NCBI GenBank assembly: GCA_963773815.1
Contig: CAVZCI010000014.1
Span: 271,246 to 335,245, forward strand
DNA length: 64,000 bases
Origin: an uncultured Acidobacteriota bacterium
GTDB lineage: Bacteria; Acidobacteriota; Thermoanaerobaculia; UBA5066; DATFVB01
Reading direction: 5' to 3'
The notes under the pieces: generated by a model
Told to the model about the DNA's origin: nothing
The model's input: only the letters and a program-made list of their open reading frames with translations
The model's database searches: none
Made by a program: the position numbers and the translations under genes
Shown here: in pieces, positions 19,899 through 29,700 of the stretch
Position numbering within the stretch: position 1 is the stretch's first letter
Layout of the letters: every line of letters begins with the position of its first letter

Positions 19899-20588
19899 TC
19901 AGTTTCCCTCTCCCATACTCGCCACAAGCCAAAGGCATCCACGGGAACGTCGAATTCGAGAAGTTCCATACCGCAAACTGGAACGAGGGATTGAGCCCGA
20001 GAGGCAGCGGCGGGAAGGGTTTCGAAAAGTGTAAAAGGGATGGGAGCACCACACGGCATGATGCTTCGGCGAGATATAGAAAACGAACTTGTGCCGAGCC
20101 GTGGTCTGCCCGACCTTCTCCACGTCTTTCTCAAGCTTGTGATTGTTTTCAGGGTCTACGGCCGCAAATGTCTCAGCCGCGACAGACCCGTCTACCGACT
20201 CCACGTCGGTCCCACCTTCCGTACCAAGGTTTAGTCGATAGGGCGCTGCCTCAGGGTGCTCTTGTAACAGCCATCGAGTGGCGTGCACAGAAGCAAGATA
20301 CGTAAAGGTCTGGTTAATTTGCTCGATCAAATTTAGCGACCGGCCCTCGGAAGGGTGAAAGCCACACTCCTCGAACTTGATTTTCGCGAACGCGTCCAAG
20401 GGGTTGCCAGATACCAAAAGGCCCCGCAGCGCATCCACAGCACCCCCTGCGCTTGCGGTCACACTGTTCTCAAGCGAGACTAGGTCTGCCTCCGATTCTA
20501 TGATCTTCACTCGATTCTCTCCGCCTCGGGCGACCCCATTACTGCTGCCTGAACTGACGGAAAGGAACCGTGCCCTTACCACGGACAT
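19899..20588 (-). CDS. hypothetical protein (island gene B)
   Basis: ORF in the AT-richer patch. A likelier start is GTG 20510, after GGAGAG. The C-terminal 45 codons are R/S-rich, and an alternative frame (PIPFTLFETLPAAA...ELLEFDVPVDAFG, stop 19874) looks more protein-like, suggesting an indel near 20040. No recognised motif. Confidence 0.5.
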   Translation of the reverse strand: MSVVRARFLSVSSGSSNGVARGGENRVKIIESEADLVSLENSVTASAGGAVDALRGLLVSGNPLDAFAKIKFEECGFHPSEGRSLNLIEQINQTFTYLASVHATRWLLQEHPEAAPYRLNLGTEGGTDVESVDGSVAAETFAAVDPENNHKLEKDVEKVGQTTARHKFVFYISPKHHAVWCSHPFYTFRNPSRRCLSGSIPRSSLRYGTSRIRRSRGCLWLVASMGEGN

Positions 20589-21132
20589 CCGTAAACAAAT
20601 TGCGACTCTCTGCCGATAAGAACAGGCTAATGATTGTGTCGCCTTCGCGCAGATCTAGCTTGGGAAGCTGATCCCTGAAGTACTGCACGGGAACCTTCAG
20701 GTAATGGAAGTCGGAATCGTTCTCCTCAGTTTGGCAGAGAAGATGTATTTCTTGGTTCGTAGGATCGTGCACCTTCGCAATTGGAATCTCAAGCCACCAG
20801 GCGCGTTTACCAGTCCGGGACTGATCCGGTGAATGCAGCTTTGATGACACAATCGGTCCTTGTGGTAGCCCTCCGTGTCGTAGACGCAACCAATCCAGCG
20901 CCGGTCTCCTAACGTTCATCGCTTCGCCGTTACCCGTTACGGCCACCTTCTTGGACTTGTAAGTTTCGTTAGATCCGGCACGTCTCGATCCTGAGGAATG
21001 TTCTCGCGGAGGGGCGGTGCTCTGGTCGGCACCACACCGTGGGCAGATCGCCGGGCTTCTGGTCAGGTCGTAGAACGCTGAGCCGCAGCGGTAGCACTCA
21101 TGTTTAGTTCCAAGTTCCGGGATGACTGTCAC
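20539..21132 (-). CDS. zinc-ribbon (FYDLN/TIGR02300-like) protein fused to an unknown C-terminal domain (island gene A)
   Basis: N-terminus ELGTKHECYRCGSAFYDLTRSPAICPRCG (CxxC-x13-CxxC), then a basic linker, then KRAWWLEIP...IHLLC...DFHYLKVPVQYF...ISLFLS...FTDVRG. Confidence 0.6.
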   Translation of the reverse strand: MTVIPELGTKHECYRCGSAFYDLTRSPAICPRCGADQSTAPPREHSSGSRRAGSNETYKSKKVAVTGNGEAMNVRRPALDWLRLRHGGLPQGPIVSSKLHSPDQSRTGKRAWWLEIPIAKVHDPTNQEIHLLCQTEENDSDFHYLKVPVQYFRDQLPKLDLREGDTIISLFLSAESRNLFTDVRGKGTVPFRQFRQQ

Positions 21133-21364
21133 CCCCGTCGTAAACCGAACTTAGCCCGCCTCTGGTATTTCCACGATCATACTCTTCCGCTATTTCGAAT
21201 CGCGCTTCGGGCGAATTCGATGATAAGAAATCGGGTCGGTCGTCGCCTTGTTTACGTTCGATCTCGCTGCCGAAATCGACCCCAAATCGAAACGCTTTGA
21301 ACTCATTTTTGAACTCGTCCCTCGCGCGCGCGCGGGGGAAAGTGGGGTAAGTATAAGAAAAGAG

Positions 21365-21441
21365 TGGTGGAGCTGATCAGGATCGAACTGACGACCTCCT
21401 GAGTGCGATTCAGGCGCTCTCCCAAACTGAGCTACAGCCCC
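21365..21441 (-). tRNA. tRNA-Ala (anticodon CGC), CCA encoded
   Basis: Reverse complement GGGGCTGTAGCTCAGTTTGGGAGAGCGCCTGAATCGCACTCAGGAGGTCGTCAGTTCGATCCTGATCAGCTCCACCA folds as a cloverleaf. G3:U70 alanine identity pair is present. Anticodon loop is AUCGCAC. Confidence 0.93.
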
Positions 21442-21495
21442 ACGAGAGCGGCAAAAGATAGCATCCCGCCCGCGCGATTGCAACGCCGCCCGGGC

Positions 21496-24178
21496 CTATT
21501 CGGCCCGCAGCACCACGATAGGGTCGAGCCGCGCGGCCGCCCGCGCGGGAACGTAGCACGCGAGCATCGCGACCGCCGCGAGAATCAGGGCCATGCCGGC
21601 GAACGTGACCGGGTCGAGCGCCCCGACGCCGAACAAAAGCCGCGACATCAGGCGCGTCAACGCGAACGCGCCGAGGACCCCGAGCCCGATTCCCGCCGCC
21701 GCGAGCTTTCCCCCCTGCCCGACGATCAGCCGAAGGATGTCTCGCCGCTGCGCGCCCATCGCGAGGCGGATACCGATTTCTCCCTTCCGCTGTCCGACGA
21801 CGAACGACACGACGCCGTAGATGCCGATCGCCGACAGCACGAGCGCGAGCGCCGCAAACGCGCCGAGAAGGATCATCGAGTAGCGCCTCGCCGCGAGGGA
21901 ATCGGACACGATCCGGCGCATCGTCTTCATCGCGTAAACGACCTGCCCGCTCCGGTCGTTCTGGAGGAGCCGCCGGATCGACGGGCCGAGCAAACGCCGG
22001 CGGCCCCGTGAGTGCGGACCGCGACGGTCATGTTGCCGGCCGTGGCCGTGACGACGCCGTCGGGCATCTGGGCGGTCGAGAGGTACAGCTGGGCGCGGAG
22101 CTTCTGCGAGTCGTCCGCGTCGAGACCCCACTGCCGGACGTGACCGACGACGCCGACGATCGTCGCCGGGGTCTCGAAGTCGTCGAAGTTCAGACGCTTG
22201 CCGACGGGGTCCAGTTTCCGGAAAGTACGTCCTCGGCGAGGACGTCATCGATCACGGCGACGAGAGGAGACTTCTCGTCGTCCGCGGGCTCGAGGAAGCG
22301 TCCCCGCGCGAGCCGGAGGCCGAGGGCCTTCCGGTAGCCGGGCTCGACGACGTACTTGAGCGCCCAGCTCATGTCGCTGGAGTTCGCGGGCCTCGGCTGG
22401 CCGTCCGGCCAGAAGAGGATCTCGTCGTCGCCGCCGATCGGGAACGAAGCCCAGGAATACGAGGACGCATCGACGCCCGGCGAGGTCGCGAGCTTCTCGT
22501 CGATCTCGCGAAGGGCGGCGCGAATCGCGGCCGGCGGAGCTTGCTCAGCGACGGGGAAAGCGCGAGGTTGAACGTCAGGAGGTGGCCAGGATCGAAGCCC
22601 GGATCGACGCTCCAGAGCCGGGAGAGCGTGCGGATCATCAGCCCCGCTCCGATCAGGAGAACGAGCGCCATCGCGAGCTCGAGGACGACGAAGACGTCCT
22701 GCGCGCGGTGTCGAGCTCCGATCGCGCCGCGCCCTCCTTCCTTGAGCGATTCCGACGAACCGCTCCGCGACGACCGCATCGAGGGCGCGAGGCCAAAGAG
22801 GATCCCGGCAAGCAGCGAGACCGCGGCCGTGAAGGCGAGCACGCGGCCGTCGATGCCGATCCGGCCGGCGCCGGGAACCGCGGAGCCGAGCAGCCCGAGC
22901 GCCGCGCGAGTGCCGCGGCTCGCGAGGAGGAGGCCGAGCCCGCCGCCCGCGAGCGACAGGAGCAGGCTCTCCGTCAGGAGCTGCCGCAGAATTCGTCCTC
23001 TTCCCGCGCCGAGCGCGGCGCGGATCCCGAATTCGCGCGAACGCGACGTCGAGCGCGCGAGCAGGAGGTTCGCGACGTTCACGCACGCGATGAGCAGGAC
23101 GAAGCCGACGGCCGCGAGCAGCGCGAGGAGGAAGGGCCGGATCTGGCCGACGATCTGCTGTCGCAGGGGAATGATCGTCGCGCCCACGGCCTTGTTCTTC
23201 TCGGGGTAGGCGGCCGCGAGGTTGCGCGCGACTCGGCTGAGGTCCTCCCGCGCGAGCGCGAGCGAGACCCCGGGCCGGAGACGGCCGATCCCGTGGATTC
23301 CCAGCCCGGCGCCCCGTTTCAGGAGCAGCGGGTTGCCCCACTGGCCAATCGGGACGAACGCGTCCGGGCCGTTCGCGCTGTTCAACGTCAGGTCGAACCC
23401 GGACGGGAATCACCCCGACGATCGTGAACGCGTTCCCGTCCAGGACGAGCGTCCTGCCGACGGCGTCCGCGGCGCCCGCGAACTTGCGCCGCCAGAGGTC
23501 TTCGCCGACGAGCGCGACCGGCCGCGCGCCGATCTCGTCCTCGCCCGCCGCGAACAGTCGTCCGATCACGGGCTTCAGACCGAGGATCGGAAAGAAGTCC
23601 GACGTCACGAAGAGTCCCCGGATCTGCTCCGCTTCTTCGCGGCCGGTCAGGGTGAAATTCGTGCGGCGCGCGACAGCCATCGCCGAGAACGTGCGGTTCT
23701 CCTTCTGCCAGTCCCGGAAGTCCGGGTAGGGGAGCGAGCCGGTCTCGAAATTCGGCTTGCTCTCGTGGAGCGTCACGAGCCTCTCGGCGTCGGGATAGGG
23801 AAGCGGGTTGATCAGGACCCCGTTGACGACGGAAAAAAGGGCCGTGTTCGCGCCGATCCCGAGCGCGAGCGTGAGCACGGCGACGGCCGTGAACGCGGGG
23901 TTCTTGCGGAGCATGCGCGCGCCGTAGCGGACGTCCTGAACGGCGCTTTCGAGGAAGGGGATTCCTCTCCGGTCGCGCACGCTCTCCTTCGTCTGTTCGA
24001 GCCCCCCGAGCCGGATCAGCGCGTCGCGGCGCGCCTCTTCGGCGGTCATTCCGCTTCGGACGTTGTCGTCGATGTGCATCTGGAGGTGGGATTCCATCTC
24101 GGCGGCGAGCTCCCGCTCCCGCCGGTCTCGATCGAAGATTCCGCCGAGACGCCGCAGCCATGCCCGGGGCGCGCTCAC
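21496..24178 (-). pseudogene. ADOP-family duplicated FtsX permease, at least 5 frameshifts
   Basis: GTG 24178 overlaps the padR stop. N-terminus WLRRLGGIFDRDRRERELAAEMESHLQMHIDDNVRSGMTAEEARRDALIRLGG is the ADOP signature. Later blocks (LIACVNVANLLLARSTSRSREFGIRAALGA; DPVGKRLNFDDFETPATIVGVVGHVRQWG; GEIGIRLAMGAQRRDILRLIV...ARLDPIVVLRAE) lie in different frames. Confidence 0.8.
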
Positions 24179-24518
24179 GACTTCGCCTCGCCGGGCGCGA
24201 GGAATCGGGCGAGGATGTCCGTCGCCTGCTCCCATTCCCGAGTGTCCTTCTCGAGCTGACGCCGCCCGGCTCTCGTGAGGCGGTAGAATTTCGCGCGCCG
24301 GTTGTTTTCCGACACGCCCCACTCGGAGGAGATGAGCCTTCCTGCTCGAGCTTCAGAAGAGCCGGGTAGAGCGTCCCGTAGTTGAGCGACAGCCGGTCGC
24401 CGCTCGTCGTTTCGATCCGCCGGGCGATGCCGTAGCCGTGCAGGGGCCCGAGGGTCTGGAGCGTTCTCAGGACCATGAGGGCCAGCGTTCCCTGCCAGAC
24501 GTCCGTTTTCTCTTTCAT
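24175..24518 (-). pseudogene. PadR family transcriptional regulator, single frameshift
   Basis: MKEKTDVWQGTLALMVLRTLQTLGPLHGYGIARRIE...LNYGTLYPALLKLEQEG, then after a 1-nt loss near 24335-24340 the conserved LISSEWGVSENNRRAKFYRLTRAGRRQLEKDTREWEQ continues in another frame to TGA 24175. Confidence 0.75.
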
Positions 24519-24556
24519 CGTTCTTCCCCTCGTTCCTTCTCTACGTCGGAACTCTC

Positions 24557-24573
24557 CTATGGTTTCGCCATAG
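24557..24573. promoter_or_regulatory. inverted repeat CTATGG-N5-CCATAG upstream of padR (candidate operator)
   Basis: Perfect 6-bp dyad 39 nt upstream of the padR ATG. A second TCCTATGG...ATAGG dyad lies at 24589-24610, in the padR / BNR-gene divergent region. Confidence 0.35.
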
Positions 24574-24676
24574 CAATGATCCTCGACTTCCTATGGGAAA
24601 GCAATAGGGAAGTTTCTTGGTAGAATGCGTTTTCCGGCGCGGGGCCGGAGCCGAACGGCGGAAGGAGAGAGACCGA

Positions 24677-25861
24677 ATGAGCGGGGTAAGAGTACTGGTC
24701 GGGACGCGGAAAGGCGCTTTTATTCTGACTTCCGACGGGAAGCGGGAGAAATGGGACGTCAGCGGCCCCCACTTCGCGGGGTGGGAGATCTACCACGTCA
24801 AGGGTTCGCCCGCGGATCCGAACCGGATCTTCGCGTCACAGACGAGCGGGTGGTTCGGCCAGATCATCCAGCGCTCCGACGACGGCGGCAAGACGTGGCA
24901 CCAGCCCGGCACTCCTCCCGGAGAGCCGACGACCGCGCCCGGCGGAATGCCGAAAGGGGAGAGCAACAAGTTCGTCTACGATGTTTCTTCGGAAACGGGC
25001 AAGCCGTTGACGACCCATCAGTTTTACGACGGGACCCCTCACCCGTGGGAGTTCAAGCGCGTCTGGCATCTCGAGCCTTCGCTGACCGACCCGGACATGG
25101 TCTATGCGGGAATCGAGGACGCGGCGCTCTTCCGCTCGAATGACGGCGGCAAGTCGTGGAACGAGCTCGCGGGACTGCGCGGGCACGGCACGGGACCGAA
25201 ATGGCAGCCCGGCGCCGGCGGGATGTGCCTGCACACGATCCTCCTCGATCCGGCCGATCCGAACCGCATCTTCGTCGCGATCTCCGCCGCGGGCGCGTTC
25301 CGGAGCGACGACGCCGGGAAGACGTGGAAGCCGATCAACAAGGGGCTCCACTCCCAGTACATTCCCGACCCGAACGCCGAGGTCGGACACTGCGTGCACC
25401 GGATCGCCCAGCACCGCTCCCGGCCGAACGTCCTGTTCATGCAGAAGCACTGGGACGTGCTTCGGAGCGACGACGCGGGGGATTCCTGGAGAGAAGTGAG
25501 CGGGAACCTGCCGACCGACTTCGGGTTCGTCGTCGACGTGCACGCGCACGAGCCCGACACGGTCTACGTCCTCCCGATCAAGAGCGACGGGGAGCATTTT
25601 CCGCCGGAGGGGAAGCTCCGGGTGTACCGAAGCCGTTCCGGAGGGAACGAATGGGAGGCGCTCACGAAGGGACTTCCGCAGCGCGACTGCTACGTGAACG
25701 TCCTGCGCGACGCGATGGCCGTCGATTCTCTCGATTCCTGCGGGATCTATTTCGGAACGACGGGAGGGCAGGTCTACGCGTCGCCCGACGGAGGGGACAA
25801 CTGGGCCCCGATCGTCCGCGATCTTCCGGCCGTTCTCTCCGTGGAGGTCCAGACGCTGTGA
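24677..25861 (+). CDS. BNR/Asp-box repeat beta-propeller protein (sialidase/sortilin-like)
   Basis: SD GGAAGGAGAG before ATG 24677. Repeated SxDxGxTW boxes ([44 protein letters not shown]). Confidence 0.8.
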   Translation: MSGVRVLVGTRKGAFILTSDGKREKWDVSGPHFAGWEIYHVKGSPADPNRIFASQTSGWFGQIIQRSDDGGKTWHQPGTPPGEPTTAPGGMPKGESNKFVYDVSSETGKPLTTHQFYDGTPHPWEFKRVWHLEPSLTDPDMVYAGIEDAALFRSNDGGKSWNELAGLRGHGTGPKWQPGAGGMCLHTILLDPADPNRIFVAISAAGAFRSDDAGKTWKPINKGLHSQYIPDPNAEVGHCVHRIAQHRSRPNVLFMQKHWDVLRSDDAGDSWREVSGNLPTDFGFVVDVHAHEPDTVYVLPIKSDGEHFPPEGKLRVYRSRSGGNEWEALTKGLPQRDCYVNVLRDAMAVDSLDSCGIYFGTTGGQVYASPDGGDNWAPIVRDLPAVLSVEVQTL

Positions 25862-26154
25862 TTCGCGTCGTGATTCCGCCCCACCTGAGGGAGCTCGCGC
25901 GCGTCGGCGGCGAACTGGAGCTCCGGGTCGAAGGACCCGCGACCCAGAGATCCGTCCTCGCGGCGCTCGAATCCGGCTACCCGATGCTGCGCGGCACGAT
26001 TCGCGATCACGTGACCGAGAAACGCCGGCCGTTCGTGAGGTTCTTCGCGTGCGGCGAGGATCTTTCCCACGAATCGCCGGATGCCCCGCTGCCCGACCCC
26101 GTCGCGGCCGGGACCGAGCCCTTCCTGATCGTGGGCGCGATCGCCGGGGGATAG
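25858..26154 (+). CDS. MoaD/ThiS-family ubiquitin-like protein
   Basis: GTG 25858 overlaps the upstream stop (GTGA). 98 aa ending in GG (LIVGAIAGG), the beta-grasp C-terminal signature. Confidence 0.65.
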   Translation: MIRVVIPPHLRELARVGGELELRVEGPATQRSVLAALESGYPMLRGTIRDHVTEKRRPFVRFFACGEDLSHESPDAPLPDPVAAGTEPFLIVGAIAGG

Positions 26155-26333
26155 GGCATAGAGAACGAAACCTTCTCCGCGGGCGTGCGTACTGTTTCAT
26201 GAGTGCACGCCGCTGGAAGAATGCCCGCGCAATTTCTCGATAGCACGCTGGCGAGATCCCCGCGTACCATCCGAAGCATGGGACATGGGACTGTTTCCTT
26301 ATTTATGGCGTTAATGCTTCGGGAGGTGCGGCG

Positions 26334-26666
26334 ATGAAATCGGTGAAGGATCGGCCGGAGGCGTCGAGCCCTAACGGCCCCCGGTGGGGAAGGCCTCCGG
26401 CACTCCTCGATCAATGGTCGCGGGTCACGATGGTTCTCTACGACCGGCAGATCATTTTCCTGGATCGCCTGATCACCGATATCCGAGCGTCGACGGGGGC
26501 GATCGTCAAACGAACCGACATCGTCCGCGCCCTGATCGACGGCTTGATCGAATCCGAGATCGATCTGACTTCCGTGAAAGACGAAGGGGATCTCAAGCGG
26601 CTGATCCGCGGACTGGGCCAGCCGTCCGTGTCCGAAGAGGAGCCCGATCCCGTCGTTCCGCGCTGA
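26334..26666 (+). CDS. ribbon-helix-helix-like DNA-binding protein (one module)
   Basis: 110 aa. The module RVTMVLYDRQIIFLDRLITDIRASTGAIVKRTDIVRALIDGLIESEIDL (strand, helix, helix) is shared with both halves of the 30369-30974 product. Confidence 0.5.
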   Translation: MKSVKDRPEASSPNGPRWGRPPALLDQWSRVTMVLYDRQIIFLDRLITDIRASTGAIVKRTDIVRALIDGLIESEIDLTSVKDEGDLKRLIRGLGQPSVSEEEPDPVVPR

Positions 26667-26714
26667 ACCCGCGCCTCCGGCCGCCGCCGCGGCTTTCGTC
26701 GAACAGAAGAGCGC

Positions 26715-26749
26715 AAAAAAAAGAGCCCCGCCGGGTTGACCGGCGGGGC
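26715..26749 (-). terminator. rho-independent terminator of OMP paralogue 1
   Basis: 10-bp stem gccccgccgg/ccggcggggc with a 5-nt loop. U8 on the minus-strand transcript. Lies 20 nt after the stop. Confidence 0.85.
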
Positions 26750-26769
26750 GAGAAGGAAGCCGAACGAGG

Positions 26770-29700
26770 TCAGAAGCTCAGCCGGGCTCCGAACCGGAGA
26801 ACGCGCGGGCTCTGCCGTTCTTCGACGCGATTGCCTTTGCCGCCGCAGTTCGTGCCGCCGGGATTCGACCCGACGTTCGGGCCGCACGCCGACGTGCTCA
26901 ACTGCGCCGCCTGCTGGAGAATCGTGTCGCTGTTCAGGGCGTTGAATAGATCGACCGAAAGCGTCAGGTCCGCTTTCTGGAAGAGGGGAAGAACCTTTTC
27001 CGCTCGCAGGTCGAGCTGGTAAAGGTTCTTCAGCCGATGGTCGTCGCTGTTTCCCACGATGACGAGACGCGATCCGAGCGAAGCGCCGACGTCGCCGCCG
27101 CTGACTGAAGCATAGTAGGGGACGAGGTATCCCTGGCGGCCGAAGAGGTTCGCGGCGATGTTGAAGTTCCAGGGAAGCTGGTACATCCCGCTGATGTTGA
27201 ACTGCCATTTCGAGCTGATGTAGACATCGGTCTTGTTGCCCGAGCCCTTGGACTGGAACCACACCTCGGCTCCGTCGGCGCAGCTCGCTCCGATCTGCGT
27301 GAGGACGTTCGTCGGGCCTTTGGTTCCGCCGGGCCCCGACTGGGAAAGGCAGGCGTTGCTGTTGTCGACGTTCTGCGTCCAGTCGGTGTACGCGAACGAC
27401 CCGTGCGCCATCCACCGGTTCGAGAGGCGTTTCGTCATCTGGAGCTCGACGCCGTTGTAGTCGGTCGAATAACCGTCGAGCTGCTGGAGGATCTGCCCTC
27501 CGTTGAATCCGGCCGGGGCGATGAAGTCGTAATAGTTGCCGGTCTTTCCGATCAGATTGCCCTGCTGGTCATAGGCATTGAGCCCGCTCTTGTTCGGATC
27601 GAGCACGAAGTCCGAAGCGGTGACGCCGATGAAATTGTTGTTGAAGAAATCGAAGCGATGGCGATGCGTGTATGTGAGGCCGGCCACGAGCTCCGGGAGA
27701 ATCTGGTGATCGACGCCGACCATGAATTCGTCCGTCTTCGTGTTCTTCAGGTTCCGGTCGATCTTGTTCGGGGAGCTGAGGCTATTCGGGTTGCTCGGGT
27801 CGATTCCGCCGTAGGCCGCAAAGCCACCGAGCTCGCCCGCGTCCGCGAGGCCGTTGTGATTCGCGTCGGTGAACGGATAGAGCATGTACGTGTAGCCGAC
27901 CGGGTTGTCGAACGCCACTGTTGCTGATCCGAGCTCATCGGCGAACCGGGAATAGGAGGCGCGAAGAAGCGTGGACTTCTGAGCGCCGAGGGCGTACGTG
28001 AGGCCGATCCGGGGCTCCCAGTCCTTGTAGTGCAGCTCGGTCGCTCCTCCCGCGTAATTGATCCCGGGCACGCAGGGATTCGCGAGCGAGAAAGCCTGGC
28101 CGGGATCGCAGACGGAGTTGTTGCCGGGCGCGCTCGACGCGGCGTTGACGCCTTTCTGATCGTCGTAGCGCAGTCCGACGTTCATCGTGAGATTTCCGGT
28201 CGTCAGCGTGTCGCCGACGTAAGCGTCGTAGTACGTCATCGTCTCATTGACTGCGACGTTGCGGAAGACCTTCACGTAACTCTGTCCGGTGCCGTTATAG
28301 TTCAGGTAGTTGATGTCCTGATTGCCGGGCCAGGTCGTCGTCGAGCCTCCGATGATGTGGCGATAGCCGAACCCGAACTTCAGCTCGTGTCCGATCGACC
28401 CCGTGTTGAAAAAGAAAGAGGCGTTCGCCGTCGCCTGGTGCTGCGGGCGGTAGGTGCGGAAGTCGTAAAAGGTTCCCTGCCAGACTTCGTTGGCGTCCTG
28501 GACCATGTTCGGGCCGAGGCCGGCCTGCGGAGCGAGGTGAAACCCGCCCCGAAGGTAGTTGTACGTCGCGTTGAACACGACGTTCGGGCCGAGAACCTGC
28601 GAATCGTCCGCCTTCCAGATCGTCGTGGGGCCGGTCTGGTTCCAAGCCGTGCCCTGGCCGCGGTCGGAGACCGCCGTGCGGCCATTCTTGATCTTGTCGC
28701 CGCGGAAGAAGAACATCGTCGCCGAGTTCGACTCGACCGGCTGGACGTTCAGTTTGCCGGAGTAGTTCTCGAGAGTCGTCTGGTCCGGAGCGGCCGAGGA
28801 AAGCTTGATCAGGTCGATCTGGTCGCGCCCATAGCTACCCCACAGCCACGCCTTGTCGGGCCAGAGCGGGCCGCCCGCCTCCACGCCGTAGTCCTGAATG
28901 TGGTCGATGCGGTTGCCGCTGCCGACCGAAAGGGTGCTCGGCCCGCCGAGCGAAGCGCTGTAGGGGCCCACCGCGGACCGGTTCGCGCGCGCTTCCGTCT
29001 CGTTTGGCGTGTCGAAGATGCGCGCCGAACCATGCACTTCGTTCGTGCCGCGCTTCGTCACCATGTTCATCGTCACGCCCGGCACCGAGATCGACGGGTC
29101 CGATCCGCCCGTCGTCGCCTGCATCTCCTGGAACGCGTCGAAATCGTAGTATGTGGAGGATCCGCCGAGCGCAGACATGTCCGTCACCGTGACGCCGTCG
29201 ACCATCCACGCATTCTGGAAGCCGTCCACACCCTTGCCGGTGTAGTAGTCCTGCTGTCCGCTTTCGCTTCCGGCGACGTTGATTCGGTCGACCTGGACGC
29301 TGGGAACCTGCTGCAGGACAACCCACGGGTCGCGCGCCGTCGGGATGCTCTTCAGCTGGTCCTGCGTGAAGTCCGATCCCGAGGTCACGCGGCGCGTGTC
29401 GAGCAGCGGCGTCTCGGAAGACACCGTGATCGTCGTCGCGACCGAGGCGATCTTCATCGGAATCGCCAGCTCCGTGTTCGACCCGAGGCTCACCGTCACG
29501 TTCGTGCGCTCGACGGTCGAGAAGCCGTTGAGCTCCGTCTTGACGGTGTAACTTCCGGGCGCGAGGTTCAGGAAGCGAAATTCTCCCTGTCCCCCGCTCG
29601 TCGCCGTTCTCGCGCCGCCGCCTCCCGTGAGCGTGACGGAAACTCCGGGCAATGCCCCGCCCGATTCGTCCGTCACTTTCCCGTAAATGTTGCCGTACGT

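Noticed and set aside
19869-21365. Integrase, recombinase or att repeat delimiting the tRNA-Ala island
   Set aside because: I looked for a tyrosine or serine recombinase ORF and for a direct repeat of the tRNA 3' segment. I found neither by eye, so the island borders remain undefined.
21190-21483. 97-aa minus-strand ORF
   Set aside because: It runs straight through the tRNA-Ala gene. Only a possible 38-codon tail (MSSKRFDL...) lies outside the tRNA, and that has no ribosome-binding site.
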